Source of the DNA: Limnochordales bacterium
GTDB lineage: Bacteria > Bacillota > Limnochordia > Limnochordales > ZCTH02-B6
NCBI GenBank assembly: GCA_035304545.1
Contig: DATGPV010000061.1
Coordinates: 1,880 to 65,879, forward strand
Direction of reading: 5' to 3'
Length of the DNA stretch: 64,000 bases
The notes under the pieces: model-generated
Seen by the model: only the letters and a program-made list of their open reading frames with translations
Database searches by the model: none
Told to the model about the DNA's origin: nothing
Part shown: positions 41,877-50,105 of the stretch, piece by piece
How positions within the stretch are numbered: position 1 is the first letter of the stretch
Layout: every line of letters starts with the position of its first letter
Made by a program: the position numbers and the translations under genes

Positions 41877-42043
41877 TGGCAACGACCTCCTGTATCCTGG
41901 CCGCCTTCGCCGGGGGACCCCGGCGCGGCCTGGTAGTGGGTGAGCGCCCCGGCCCCCGGGGCCAGGGGAATCCGCTACCATTATAATACACCTCCCGGGT
42001 ATGGCAAGGAAACGCGTCCACTTCCATTTTCTGAACGCGTACA

Positions 42044-42049
42044 CTATAA
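42044..42049 (+). promoter_or_regulatory. Candidate -10 (TATAAT) for the oxidoreductase/PduO operon; a second palindromic ATTATAAT at 41979..41986 can serve trxA on the other strand
   Basis: AT-rich hexamers stand out in an otherwise GC-rich divergent intergenic region. The -35 elements are weak. Confidence 0.4.
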
Positions 42050-42183
42050 TTCCAGGAAAAGCGCGAACTGACCGCTGTCCGGGGGAAGCCCGCCGCCCGC
42101 CGGCACACCATCCTGGCACCGCCGCCGGCGGCACCGCGCCCCAGCGCCGCTGGCGGACCGCCGCACCAAAGGGAGGACAAACC

Positions 42184-43398
42184 GTGACCTCGGTCAACCG
42201 CACCTATGTCATCATCGGCAACGGCGTGGCCGGCACCAATGCCGCCGAGCGCCTGCGCAAGGAGGATCCCGCGAGCCGCGTCGTCATTATCGCCGCCGAG
42301 CCCTATCCCCTCTACAACCGGCTCGCGCTGCCGCGGCTGCTCAAGCAGGAGACGCCACTGCACAAGGTGATGCTCAAGGACGCCGCCTGGCACCGGGACA
42401 TGGGCATCGAGCTCTACCTGGAAACCCGGGCCGTGCAGGTGGACGTGGAGAAGCGCACGGTGGTGACGGACCAAGGACAAGAGTTTGTCTACGACAAGCT
42501 GCTGGTAGCCACCGGCGGCCGCCCCAACCGGCTCAACGTGCCGGGCGCCGACATCCATGGGGTGTACAACTTCCAAACCTTGGACGACGCCAAGGCCATT
42601 ATGGAACGGGTACTGGAGAGCCGCACCGCGGTGGCGGTGGGCGGCAGCTACATTGCCTACGAGTTGGCCGACGCCTTCCGGGCCCGGGGGCTGGAAACCA
42701 CCTGGCTGATCCGCGGCCCCCGGTTTCTCCACCGGATTTTGGACGAAGACGGCGGCCAGCTGGTGGATTTGCTGGCCCGGGAAGCCGGCGTCCAAGTGCT
42801 CTACGGCGAAGAAGTGGCCCAGGTGGTGGGCCAAAACGGCGTCGTCACCAAGGTCATCACCAAGGGCGGCCGCACGGTGGAAGCCGACATGGTGGGCGTC
42901 GGCATCGGACAAACCCTCAACACCGAAGTGCTGGCGGGCACCGGCGTGCAAGTGCGCAAGGGCATCGTCACCGACGCGAGCCTGCGCACCAGCGTGCCCG
43001 ACATCTTTGCGGCCGGCGACGTATGTGAGTTCTATGACGTTACGATAGGCGGCTACAACTTGCTGGGCACCTGGAACAACGCGTCCTCCCACGGCAAGAT
43101 CGCGGCCGCGGGCATGCTGGGCCGGGAGGAAACCTACGAGCAGGTGCCCGCGTACAGCAGCACCCTGTTCAGCTCCACCTTGAGCGTGGTGGGCATGACG
43201 CCCGACAGCCGCCCGGACCTGGAGTCCATCAGCCGCGTCGACTGGGAGAACAAAGCGTACCGGCGCCTGTTTTTCTGGGAAAACCGGCTGGTGGGCGCGG
43301 TGTTCATCGGCGGCCGCAAGGGCAAGCGGCAGATCACCGAGATGATCCGGGACCGCACGCCGGTGGAGGGCCCCCGGGAACGCTTGCTGGAAATGTAA
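42184..43398 (+). CDS. FAD/NAD(P)-dependent pyridine nucleotide-disulfide-family oxidoreductase (rubredoxin/ferredoxin reductase-like)
   Basis: VTSVNRTYVIIGNGVAGTNAAERL (FAD GxGxxG), AVGGSYIAYELA (NAD GxGxxA) and FAAGDV. The GTG at 42184 follows AGGGAGGA. Confidence 0.8.
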   Translation: MTSVNRTYVIIGNGVAGTNAAERLRKEDPASRVVIIAAEPYPLYNRLALPRLLKQETPLHKVMLKDAAWHRDMGIELYLETRAVQVDVEKRTVVTDQGQEFVYDKLLVATGGRPNRLNVPGADIHGVYNFQTLDDAKAIMERVLESRTAVAVGGSYIAYELADAFRARGLETTWLIRGPRFLHRILDEDGGQLVDLLAREAGVQVLYGEEVAQVVGQNGVVTKVITKGGRTVEADMVGVGIGQTLNTEVLAGTGVQVRKGIVTDASLRTSVPDIFAAGDVCEFYDVTIGGYNLLGTWNNASSHGKIAAAGMLGREETYEQVPAYSSTLFSSTLSVVGMTPDSRPDLESISRVDWENKAYRRLFFWENRLVGAVFIGGRKGKRQITEMIRDRTPVEGPRERLLEM

Positions 43399-43412
43399 GG
43401 GAGAGGGTTGGG

Positions 43413-43994
43413 ATGCGCATCTACACCCGCACCGGCGATGGCGGGGAGACGAGCTTGTTTTCCGGCCAGCGGGTGCCCAAGGATGATCCCCGGGTCGAAG
43501 CCTACGGCACCGTGGACGAACTCAACAGCGTCCTGGGCCTGGTGCGGGCGGAGGCGTTGCCCGCGGACGTCGACCAGCTGCTGGCCCAGATCCAGCACGA
43601 CCTGTTCACCTTGGGAGCCGACCTGGCCACCCCGCCCGGATCCCGCCGCGCAGCCCAGGCGCCCCGCGTCGGCCCGGACCACGTGCGCGCGCTGGAGGCC
43701 GCCATCGACCGCCACCAAAGCCAGCTGCCGCCCTTGCGGTCCTTCATCTTGCCCGCGGGCCCGCGGCCCGTGGCGCTGCTGCACGTGGCCCGCACCGTCG
43801 CCCGCCGCGCGGAGCGGCGGGTGGTGGCCCTTCACCGGCAAGGGGCCGGCGCGCCGGTGGCCGTCAGCTACCTCAACCGATTGTCCGACCTGCTCTTTGT
43901 CCTGGCCAGGGCGGTGGCGGCCCGGACGGGCGCCGAAGAAGTGCCGTGGCAGCCGCCCCCGGCGGAGCCGCCGCCCACGGCGGCAGAGAGCTAA
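43413..43994 (+). CDS. ATP:cob(I)alamin adenosyltransferase, PduO type
   Basis: MRIYTRTGDGGETSLFSGQRVPKDDPRVEAYGTVDELNSVLGL...; 193 aa. Confidence 0.9.
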   Translation: MRIYTRTGDGGETSLFSGQRVPKDDPRVEAYGTVDELNSVLGLVRAEALPADVDQLLAQIQHDLFTLGADLATPPGSRRAAQAPRVGPDHVRALEAAIDRHQSQLPPLRSFILPAGPRPVALLHVARTVARRAERRVVALHRQGAGAPVAVSYLNRLSDLLFVLARAVAARTGAEEVPWQPPPAEPPPTAAES

Positions 43995-44039
43995 GCGGAG
44001 AGAGCGACAAGGAAACGCCAGAGGATCCACCGACAAGAA

Positions 44040-44069
44040 GGGCCCGCCCCCTTGCCCAGGGGCGGGCCC
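44040..44069. terminator. Perfect 11-bp GC hairpin between convergent genes (bidirectional terminator-like, no U-tract)
   Basis: GGGCCCGCCCC-cttgccca-GGGGCGGGCCC. Confidence 0.45.
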
Positions 44070-44073
44070 ACGC

Positions 44074-45396
44074 TTACTCCAGGTCGTGGCGCCACGACTC
44101 GATGGTGCCGGCGAATTTCTCCAGCGCCTCTTCCCGCTTCCTGCGGCGGCGCTCGGTCTCGGCCTCCAACTCCGCCTGCTGGGCTTTGCTCAAGGTGGCG
44201 GCCACCAGGCGTTCCAAGCCCTCGGCCACCTCTGGCTGCAGCGCGCCGGCCGTCTCCGCCATGACGTCGGCCGCCGCGTCCATAAACCGCTCCTGGTCGA
44301 TCTGCGCCAACGTTTCCAAGGCCGCCAGCTGCACGCTGCGCTGCCGGTCCTCCACCGCCACCCGCACCAGCGCACCCGCCAGCGCCCCCGCATCGGGCAA
44401 GAGCCGGATCATCTTGGCCACCACTTCCCGGACGGCGCCGCTCTCCTCCCGGGTCAAATCCTTCAGCGTGTTGATGAGCGGTTCGCGCTTGGCCGTCGTC
44501 AGGATCTCTTGCACCGCCGCGCCGCCCTCGTCGGTGGGGGAAAATTCCAGGAGCCCCTCTTCCTCAAAGTCCAGCAGCGTCTGGGCGGCCCGGCTGCGGG
44601 TCTTGGCATCCACCAGCACCAGCCGCACCAGGTCTGCCACCGACGCCTTGAGCCGCCGGCGGGCCGCGGCCACCACGCCCAGCTCCCGCACGCGGGCGCT
44701 GCTGTCCCGCAGCCAGCGCAGCATGAGGCCGTCGGAGGCCCCTTCCACGCCTTCCATCAAGGCATCGTAGGACTTGCGCTCCAGGCGGTCCAGCTTTTCC
44801 CCAAAGGGCCGGCGGTAAAACTGGGCCAGCACATCCAAAAGCGGGTCGCTCTTGCTCTTGCCCGCCAAGTAAATGCCGAGGCACTGCAGCTGGTAGTCCC
44901 CCGAATGCAGGGCTTGCTCCACCGGGTCCCGCAGGATCTCCGGATCGTAGGAGAGCACGATGCGGATGAGCTCCCCTGCCAGCCACCCTTCGTCGGTCAA
45001 CGCGATGACGTGCATCAAGGCCGGCACCGCTTCCGAGTCCGCCAGCTGGCCCAAGATCTCCTTAATCTGGTCCCGGGCCTCGTAAAACCGGTGGCGGATG
45101 TGGCGCTCCAGCTCTCCGTAAAAGTCCTTGTCCTTGACCCGGCTGAGGATGAGGCGGTAGAAGGGCACCTGCACTTCCGTGGGTTGGTCGTTGAGCACCC
45201 GCAAGAAGTAGCGGGTCTTGCGGGGCAGCAACGCCAGCTGCTCCAGCTGCGCCCGCACCTCCTCATCCACGGTCCCGTCCTCGACCACCAGCTCCCGGAA
45301 CAGGTCCTCCACGCGGATGCGGTACGTCTCGTTGTCCATCCGCGTGGCGGCCGCGCGGGCCGGCCGCACCTTATCGGTCAGGAAGCCGCTGTTCAA
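44074..45396 (-). CDS. All-helical HEAT/ARM-like repeat hypothetical protein with charged coiled-coil C-terminus
   Basis: The ORF frame is 44074..45606. The TTG at 45396 overlaps the upstream stop (TTGA), and ATG 45339 (MDNETYRIRV...) is an alternative start. No catalytic motif was recognised. Confidence 0.55.
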   Translation of the reverse strand: MNSGFLTDKVRPARAAATRMDNETYRIRVEDLFRELVVEDGTVDEEVRAQLEQLALLPRKTRYFLRVLNDQPTEVQVPFYRLILSRVKDKDFYGELERHIRHRFYEARDQIKEILGQLADSEAVPALMHVIALTDEGWLAGELIRIVLSYDPEILRDPVEQALHSGDYQLQCLGIYLAGKSKSDPLLDVLAQFYRRPFGEKLDRLERKSYDALMEGVEGASDGLMLRWLRDSSARVRELGVVAAARRRLKASVADLVRLVLVDAKTRSRAAQTLLDFEEEGLLEFSPTDEGGAAVQEILTTAKREPLINTLKDLTREESGAVREVVAKMIRLLPDAGALAGALVRVAVEDRQRSVQLAALETLAQIDQERFMDAAADVMAETAGALQPEVAEGLERLVAATLSKAQQAELEAETERRRRKREEALEKFAGTIESWRHDLE

Positions 45397-46067
45397 TGGT
45401 CTTCCCTCGCAATCATCTCGACATTGCCAAACCAGTAGTCGGCGTATTCCACCGTGAGGCGCGCCCCCAAGCGGTTCGCGGCCGCCCGCTGGGCGCGCAG
45501 GACGGTGTACCCGTCCACTCGGTGGAACTCTTGCTGCACCTCCAACGTGCCCCAGTCGTAGTCCAGCACGGCCTTCTCCACCAGCCACGTGTGGCCGTTG
45601 ACCCACAGCGCGCCCCCCACGGCGCCTTGGCCCGGCCCCCGCCGCCGGCCCGCCAGGACGTACACGGGCTCGCCGTTGCCGTTGACTTCCTCGCCCACCA
45701 CGTCCAGGTCGTAGTCGTCGAGCCCTAGGTGCACCTGCACCAAGCTCGCCATCACGTCGGGGGGCAGGAAGCTAGGGGCGCCGCGGGTTTCCACGAAGTA
45801 CTCTCCGCCGCGGCGCACCACGTCGGAGTGAAACCGCCACGAGAAAAGGAGCACCTGCAGCACAACGTGTTGGCGAAACCCCATGTCCGGAGGCAGCTGG
45901 CCAAGGGCGTGTTGGATGTTGGCCATCACGTCCTCCACCGAGGGCGCGGCGGCCGCGCCGACCGCCAGAGCCAGGCACAAAAACGCCACCCACGCCCCGA
46001 TGGCGACCCGCCGGAGGGCCCCAGGACGCGCGCCGCCGCAATCCCCCATTGTTGCTACCCCCAGCAC
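45393..46067 (-). CDS. Secreted/anchored hypothetical protein, LolA/RseB-like by pattern
   Basis: N-terminal hydrophobic segment VAIGAWVAFLCLALAVGAAAAP, followed by a beta-rich roughly 180-aa domain. The assignment is by general resemblance only. Confidence 0.45.
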   Translation of the reverse strand: MLGVATMGDCGGARPGALRRVAIGAWVAFLCLALAVGAAAAPSVEDVMANIQHALGQLPPDMGFRQHVVLQVLLFSWRFHSDVVRRGGEYFVETRGAPSFLPPDVMASLVQVHLGLDDYDLDVVGEEVNGNGEPVYVLAGRRRGPGQGAVGGALWVNGHTWLVEKAVLDYDWGTLEVQQEFHRVDGYTVLRAQRAAANRLGARLTVEYADYWFGNVEMIAREDH

Positions 46068-46442
46068 AAATTTCCACTTGCTTGCCTCTTCACTTCTGCG
46101 CGGAACAGGCTTTTCCTGCGCGAGGCCGGTGGGCCCCGGGCGGACCCCCGCCGTGCCGGTGCCCGGGCAACCCCGCCGCGTGCCAGGGGAAGTGCCTCTT
46201 TTGACGATGGATAGTCCGGAAGCGGCGCCTGCCGGCCCTGGGCCAGTGGCCGGGCGGGCCTACGAATGGACGACGACCGGAAGCACCGGTGACATCTTCA
46301 GTATACCCCAGGAACCGCCGGCAATCTACCGGGCGCGTCAACCCCGTCCGCCGCGCGGTCTGCACCCGCCCGCCCGGCGCCACATCCCCCGCGGGCTCTG
46401 TTACAGCCTATGCCCGCCGCCTGGTGAACAGGACGCGCGGGG

Positions 46443-46451
46443 TGTTATAAT
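46443..46451 (+). promoter_or_regulatory. Extended -10 promoter element upstream of the Mo-oxidoreductase gene
   Basis: TGtTATAAT lies 46 nt upstream of ATG 46497. AGGAGG is 7 nt before the ATG. Confidence 0.5.
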
Positions 46452-46496
46452 ACGGGGGGCCGAGCCGCCCGCCATCCCTGCCCAGGAGGTGTCGTC

Positions 46497-47075
46497 ATGA
46501 CCCAGCCTCGTAATCGGATTCCGCCGGGACAGACGGTGACCACCGGCTGGCCCGTGCTGCACGAAGGCCCGGTCCCCGCCTTTGACCCGGCCACCTGGGA
46601 CCTGCGGGTGTTCGGCGAAGTGGAGCGGCCGCTGGTCTTCACCTACGAGGAGTTCCGGCAGCTGCCCACCCGCACGGTGCGCTGCGACATCCACTGCGTC
46701 ACCCACTGGAGCAAGCTGGACAACGTGTTCGAAGGCGTGCCCTTCAGCGAACTGGCCCGCCTGGCCGGCGTGAAGCCCGAAGCCCGCTTTGTCATCCTCC
46801 ACGCGGAGAATGACTACACCACCAACATCCCACTGGAAGACTGCCTGCGGGACGAATGCCTGCTGGCCTTCCGCCACAACGGCGCCGACTTGACACCCGA
46901 ACACGGCTGGCCCCTGCGGGCCGTCATCCCCCACCTCTACTTCTGGAAAAGCGCCAAGTGGGTGCGGGGCGTGGAGTTTTCCCGGGTCGACAAGCCCGGC
47001 TTCTGGGAGCAGCGAGGGTACCACAATTACGGCGACCCGTGGAAGAACGGAGGTCAACGGTTCTGGTTTGATTAA
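46497..47075 (+). CDS. Sulfite-oxidase-family molybdopterin-binding oxidoreductase (short, YedY/MsrP-like catalytic domain only)
   Basis: 192 aa: TVRCDIHCVTHWSKLDNVFEGVPFSEL...GWPLRAVIPHLYFWKSAKWVRGVEF. Confidence 0.8.
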   Translation: MTQPRNRIPPGQTVTTGWPVLHEGPVPAFDPATWDLRVFGEVERPLVFTYEEFRQLPTRTVRCDIHCVTHWSKLDNVFEGVPFSELARLAGVKPEARFVILHAENDYTTNIPLEDCLRDECLLAFRHNGADLTPEHGWPLRAVIPHLYFWKSAKWVRGVEFSRVDKPGFWEQRGYHNYGDPWKNGGQRFWFD

Positions 47076-47105
47076 GGGCGCCGCCTGTCCGGTCCCAAGG
47101 GCGGC

Positions 47106-48026
47106 TCACCCGGCGGCGCCCAACAGGTGAAGCATCAGGGCCTTCTCCGCGTGCAGGCGGTTCTCCGCCTGCTGGTAAATGAGGGACCGCTCCGACTCGA
47201 TCAAGTCCTCGGCGATCTCCAAGCCGGGATGCACCGGCATGTCGTGCATGATGAAGGGATTGTGCCCGCCCAGCAGTTCCCGGTTTACCTGGTAGGGCCC
47301 CATCACCGCCAGGCGGCGGGCCTTTTCTTCCGCGTAGTCCGGGTTGTGGAAGTTCTCCATGTCCACCCAAGTGTCGGTGTAGACAAAATCGGCCCGCTGC
47401 ACCGCCCGGGCGTCTTTGGTGACCTCCAGGCGCCCCGTGGCCGCAGCCTGCGCCATGAGCTCTTCATCCCAAGAAGCGGGGTTGACCTCAGGCGTCACCA
47501 GGATCACCCGGACGCCCACCTTGGTGGCCCCCGCGGTCAAGCAGTTGGCCACGTTGTTGTGGATCCCGACGTAGGCGATGGTGACCCCGTCGAAGGTGCC
47601 CGTCTGTTCGTAAATCGTCAGGAGGTCCGCCAGGGCTTGGGTCGGGTGGTACCGCTCGCAGCAGCCGTTGATGACCGGCACGTCCGCCGCGGCGGCCAGC
47701 TCCTGGAGGTCCCGGTGGCGGATAAGGCGAGCCATGATCAGGTGCACGTGCCGGGAGACGTAGCGGGCTTCGTAGCGCAGCGGCGAGATGGCGAAGTTGG
47801 ACTTGTCCCAGTCCATCACCACCGCCCGGCCGCCCAGCTCCTGGATGCCCAGCTCAAAGGAGAGCCGGGTCCGGGTGGACGTCTTTTGAAAGAGCATTAG
47901 CAGGTTGCGGCCCGTGAGCGCCTGGGCCCAGCGCTGCGGATCCCGCTTCACGGCGCGGGCTGTTTCCACGATGGCGCGGATCTCCTCCGCGGGCATGTCT
48001 TTGAGGGACAGCACATCTTTTTTCAC
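47106..48026 (-). CDS. argF: Ornithine-carbamoyltransferase-family protein with non-canonical second-substrate motifs
   Basis: 306 aa. STRTR and HPTQ (carbamoyl-phosphate site) and QAENRLHAEKAL are OTC-like. However DxxxSMG reads DTWVDME and HCLP reads HDMP. ARG boxes lie upstream. Confidence 0.7.
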   Translation of the reverse strand: MKKDVLSLKDMPAEEIRAIVETARAVKRDPQRWAQALTGRNLLMLFQKTSTRTRLSFELGIQELGGRAVVMDWDKSNFAISPLRYEARYVSRHVHLIMARLIRHRDLQELAAAADVPVINGCCERYHPTQALADLLTIYEQTGTFDGVTIAYVGIHNNVANCLTAGATKVGVRVILVTPEVNPASWDEELMAQAAATGRLEVTKDARAVQRADFVYTDTWVDMENFHNPDYAEEKARRLAVMGPYQVNRELLGGHNPFIMHDMPVHPGLEIAEDLIESERSLIYQQAENRLHAEKALMLHLLGAAG

Positions 48027-48048
48027 GGGGTCACCTACTCGCGGGTAT

Positions 48049-48086
48049 GATGAATGATCTTACATTGCCATGCATGAATATGCAAG
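48049..48086 (-). promoter_or_regulatory. Tandem ARG boxes overlapping the argF-like promoter
   Basis: Plus strand: GATGAATGATCTTACATT (48049..48066), gc, then CATGCATGAATATGCAAG (48069..48086, 15/18 to the Bacillus consensus). The minus-strand promoter is TTGCAT (48085..48080), 17 nt, TAAGAT (48062..48057). Confidence 0.6.
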
Positions 48087-48102
48087 CCGAGGACCGCGCG
48101 CT

Positions 48103-49368
48103 TCAGCAAAACAGGCGCACTTCCACCCTTTCCCCCGCCGGCAGCCGGCCTCGCGCCAAGGGCACCGTGACCAGCCCGTCGGCCTGCACCAGGGTAGTCA
48201 GCTGCCCCGATCCGCCCCGCAGGGGATGGGCCACCAGTTCCCCGTCCTCCACGGCCAGCCGCACCCGGGCGTGCAGCTCCCGTCCGGCGGGCGCCTGGAT
48301 ATCGGCCGCGAGGCGGGCCCGGACCGTGGCCTGCCAAGGATCCTCCGGCCGACGCCCCATGCGCCAGTACAGCGCCGGGCGGGCAAAGAGCTCGTAGGTG
48401 ACCAGGGCCGACACCGGGTGGCCGGGCAGCACGCACACCACCCGATCGCCCACCAGGGCCAGCAAGGTCGGCTTGCCCGGCGCCACGCGGACGCCGTGCA
48501 CCAAGATGCCGGGGGGGCCCAGCTCCCGGATGATGTCGGCCGCGATGTCGTCCAGCCCCACCGAGCTGCCGCCGGACAGCAGCACCATGTCCCATTGGAG
48601 CCCCTCCCGCAGGGCCGCCCGCCAGCCGTCGGGACGGTCGGGCACGATGCCGCCCAGGCGGGGCACGCCGCCGTCGGCCCGCACCGCGGCCGCGAGGGAG
48701 TACAGGTTGGCGTCGCGGACTTGCCCCGGCCCGGGCTGCCGATGGGGCGGAACCAATTCGTCGCCGGTGGAGAAAATGGCCACCACCGGCCGCCGGTAGA
48801 CCCACGGGGCCACGCAGCCCACCGCCGCCAGGGCGCCCACGTCCTGCGGCCGCAGCCGGTGGCCCGGCCGCAGCAGCACCGCGCCCGCGGCCAGATCCGC
48901 CCCCGCCGGCAAGACGTTTTCGCCGGGTTCCACCGGCCGCATCACCACGATCTGGCCGGAATCCGCCGTGGCGGGCGCGGTTTGTTCCACCGGCACCACC
49001 GCGTCCGCGCCCTGGGGCAGCATGCCCCCGGTGGGAATCCAGACGGCCTCACTCGGCCCCACCGTCACCTCCGGGGCCCGTCCCATGCGGACCCGGCCCC
49101 GCACCCGCAGCACGGGCCCGGCAGCGCCGTGCGCATCGGCGCGCGTATCCCGGGCCCGCACGGCGTACCCGTCCATCGTGGATCGGGCAAAGCCGGGCAA
49201 TGCCCCGCCGGCCCGCACCTCCCGGGCCAACACGCGGCCGACACCTTCCGTCAGGTCCACTTGCTCCTCGGCAGGACGGTAAGGAGGCAGGGCCTCCAGC
49301 AGGCGCCGGCGGGCCTCACTGACCGTGGGCAGCTGTTCCAGCTGGAAGGGCTTGGCCGCCTCCCGCAT
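48103..49368 (-). CDS. moeA: Molybdopterin molybdotransferase
   Basis: 421 aa: VSEARRRLLEAL...GFARSTMDGYAVRA...ISGGSSVG-type pattern (LLSGGSSVGLDD). Confidence 0.9.
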   Translation of the reverse strand: MREAAKPFQLEQLPTVSEARRRLLEALPPYRPAEEQVDLTEGVGRVLAREVRAGGALPGFARSTMDGYAVRARDTRADAHGAAGPVLRVRGRVRMGRAPEVTVGPSEAVWIPTGGMLPQGADAVVPVEQTAPATADSGQIVVMRPVEPGENVLPAGADLAAGAVLLRPGHRLRPQDVGALAAVGCVAPWVYRRPVVAIFSTGDELVPPHRQPGPGQVRDANLYSLAAAVRADGGVPRLGGIVPDRPDGWRAALREGLQWDMVLLSGGSSVGLDDIAADIIRELGPPGILVHGVRVAPGKPTLLALVGDRVVCVLPGHPVSALVTYELFARPALYWRMGRRPEDPWQATVRARLAADIQAPAGRELHARVRLAVEDGELVAHPLRGGSGQLTTLVQADGLVTVPLARGRLPAGERVEVRLFC

Positions 49369-49389
49369 GGCCCGGGCCCCGCCTTCTGA

Positions 49390-49995
49390 TCACGAGGCCG
49401 CGCCGGGGCCCTGGGCTTGTCCGTCCAGGCCCAAGGCCGGCGCCACCTCGCGCAACGCATCGATCACCACCTGGATGTGCTCGTCCAGGGGAACGCCCAA
49501 CGCGGCGGCGCTCTCCACCAGCTGGTCCCGGCTGACGCCCTTGGCGAAGGCCTTGTCCTTCATCTTCTTCTTGACGGACTTGACCTCCACCTCGTGGATG
49601 CTCTTGTTGGGGCGCACCAGCGCCACCGCCATAACGAAGCCGCACATTTCGTCCACGGCGTACAGCGCCTGGGACATCTTGTCCCGGCGCTCCAGGTTGA
49701 GGTAGTCGGCGTGGCTCTTGATGGCGTAGATGACGTCCTCGGGATAGCCAAGCTCCGCCAAGATGGCCGCGCCCTTGAGCGGGTGGTCCGGCGGGTCCGG
49801 CCAGCGCTCGTAGTCAAAGTCGTGGAGCAGCCCAGTGATGCCCCACCGGTCCTCGTCTTCCCCAAAGCGGCGGGCATAGGCCCGCATGGCCGCCTCCACC
49901 GCCAGGGCATGCCGCCGCAGGCTCTCGCTCTTGGTGTACTCCGTCAAGAGCGCCCACGCGGCCGCGCGCGTCATGACCTCATGTCCCGCGGGCAC
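49390..49995 (-). CDS. HD-domain (HDIG-type) metal-dependent phosphohydrolase
   Basis: RRHALAVEAAMRAYA...GITGLLHDFDYERWPD...HPLKGAAILAELGYPEDVIYAIKSHAD. Confidence 0.8.
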   Translation of the reverse strand: MPAGHEVMTRAAAWALLTEYTKSESLRRHALAVEAAMRAYARRFGEDEDRWGITGLLHDFDYERWPDPPDHPLKGAAILAELGYPEDVIYAIKSHADYLNLERRDKMSQALYAVDEMCGFVMAVALVRPNKSIHEVEVKSVKKKMKDKAFAKGVSRDQLVESAAALGVPLDEHIQVVIDALREVAPALGLDGQAQGPGAAS

Positions 49996-50047
49996 GTTCC
50001 ATCCACCCTTTCCCTAGGATTTGTCCCCGACGGCCCATCCCCGGGCC

Positions 50048-50087
50048 AAAAACAAAACCCCCTCCTCGGCCAGGCCGGGGAGGGGGT
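50048..50087 (-). terminator. Intrinsic terminator after the polyferredoxin gene
   Basis: Minus strand: CACCCCCTCCCCGGCCTGGCCGAGGAGGGGG followed by TTTTGTTTTT. Confidence 0.75.
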
Positions 50088-50105
50088 GCCGGCCTCGGCA
50101 GGCCG

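Noticed and set aside
42050-42183. Possible cobalamin riboswitch in the roughly 130-nt leader of the reductase/PduO operon (a GGGAAGCC-like stretch is present).
   Set aside because: No B12 box (AGYCMGGAGACCKGCC-like), no GCCACUG, and no GGUGNNAANNCC element is visible, and the leader is shorter than typical cobalamin aptamers.
46090-46383. 97-aa minus-strand ORF and 205-aa plus-strand ORF (45883..46500) in the large intergenic region.
   Set aside because: Both translate to Arg/Pro/Gly-rich sequence without hydrophobic structure, SD sequences or family resemblance. The region is treated as non-coding.
46455-46496. Possible molybdenum-cofactor (Moco) riboswitch in front of the Mo-oxidoreductase gene. 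CCGAGCC, CCCGCC and CCCAGGAGG elements resemble conserved Moco-motif segments.
   Set aside because: The segments are contiguous within about 40 nt, with none of the intervening P2-P4 helices or the GGAAAGG element. The extended -10 promoter leaves no room for a full motif. This is most likely chance similarity in GC-rich DNA. An Infernal scan with RF01055 would settle it.
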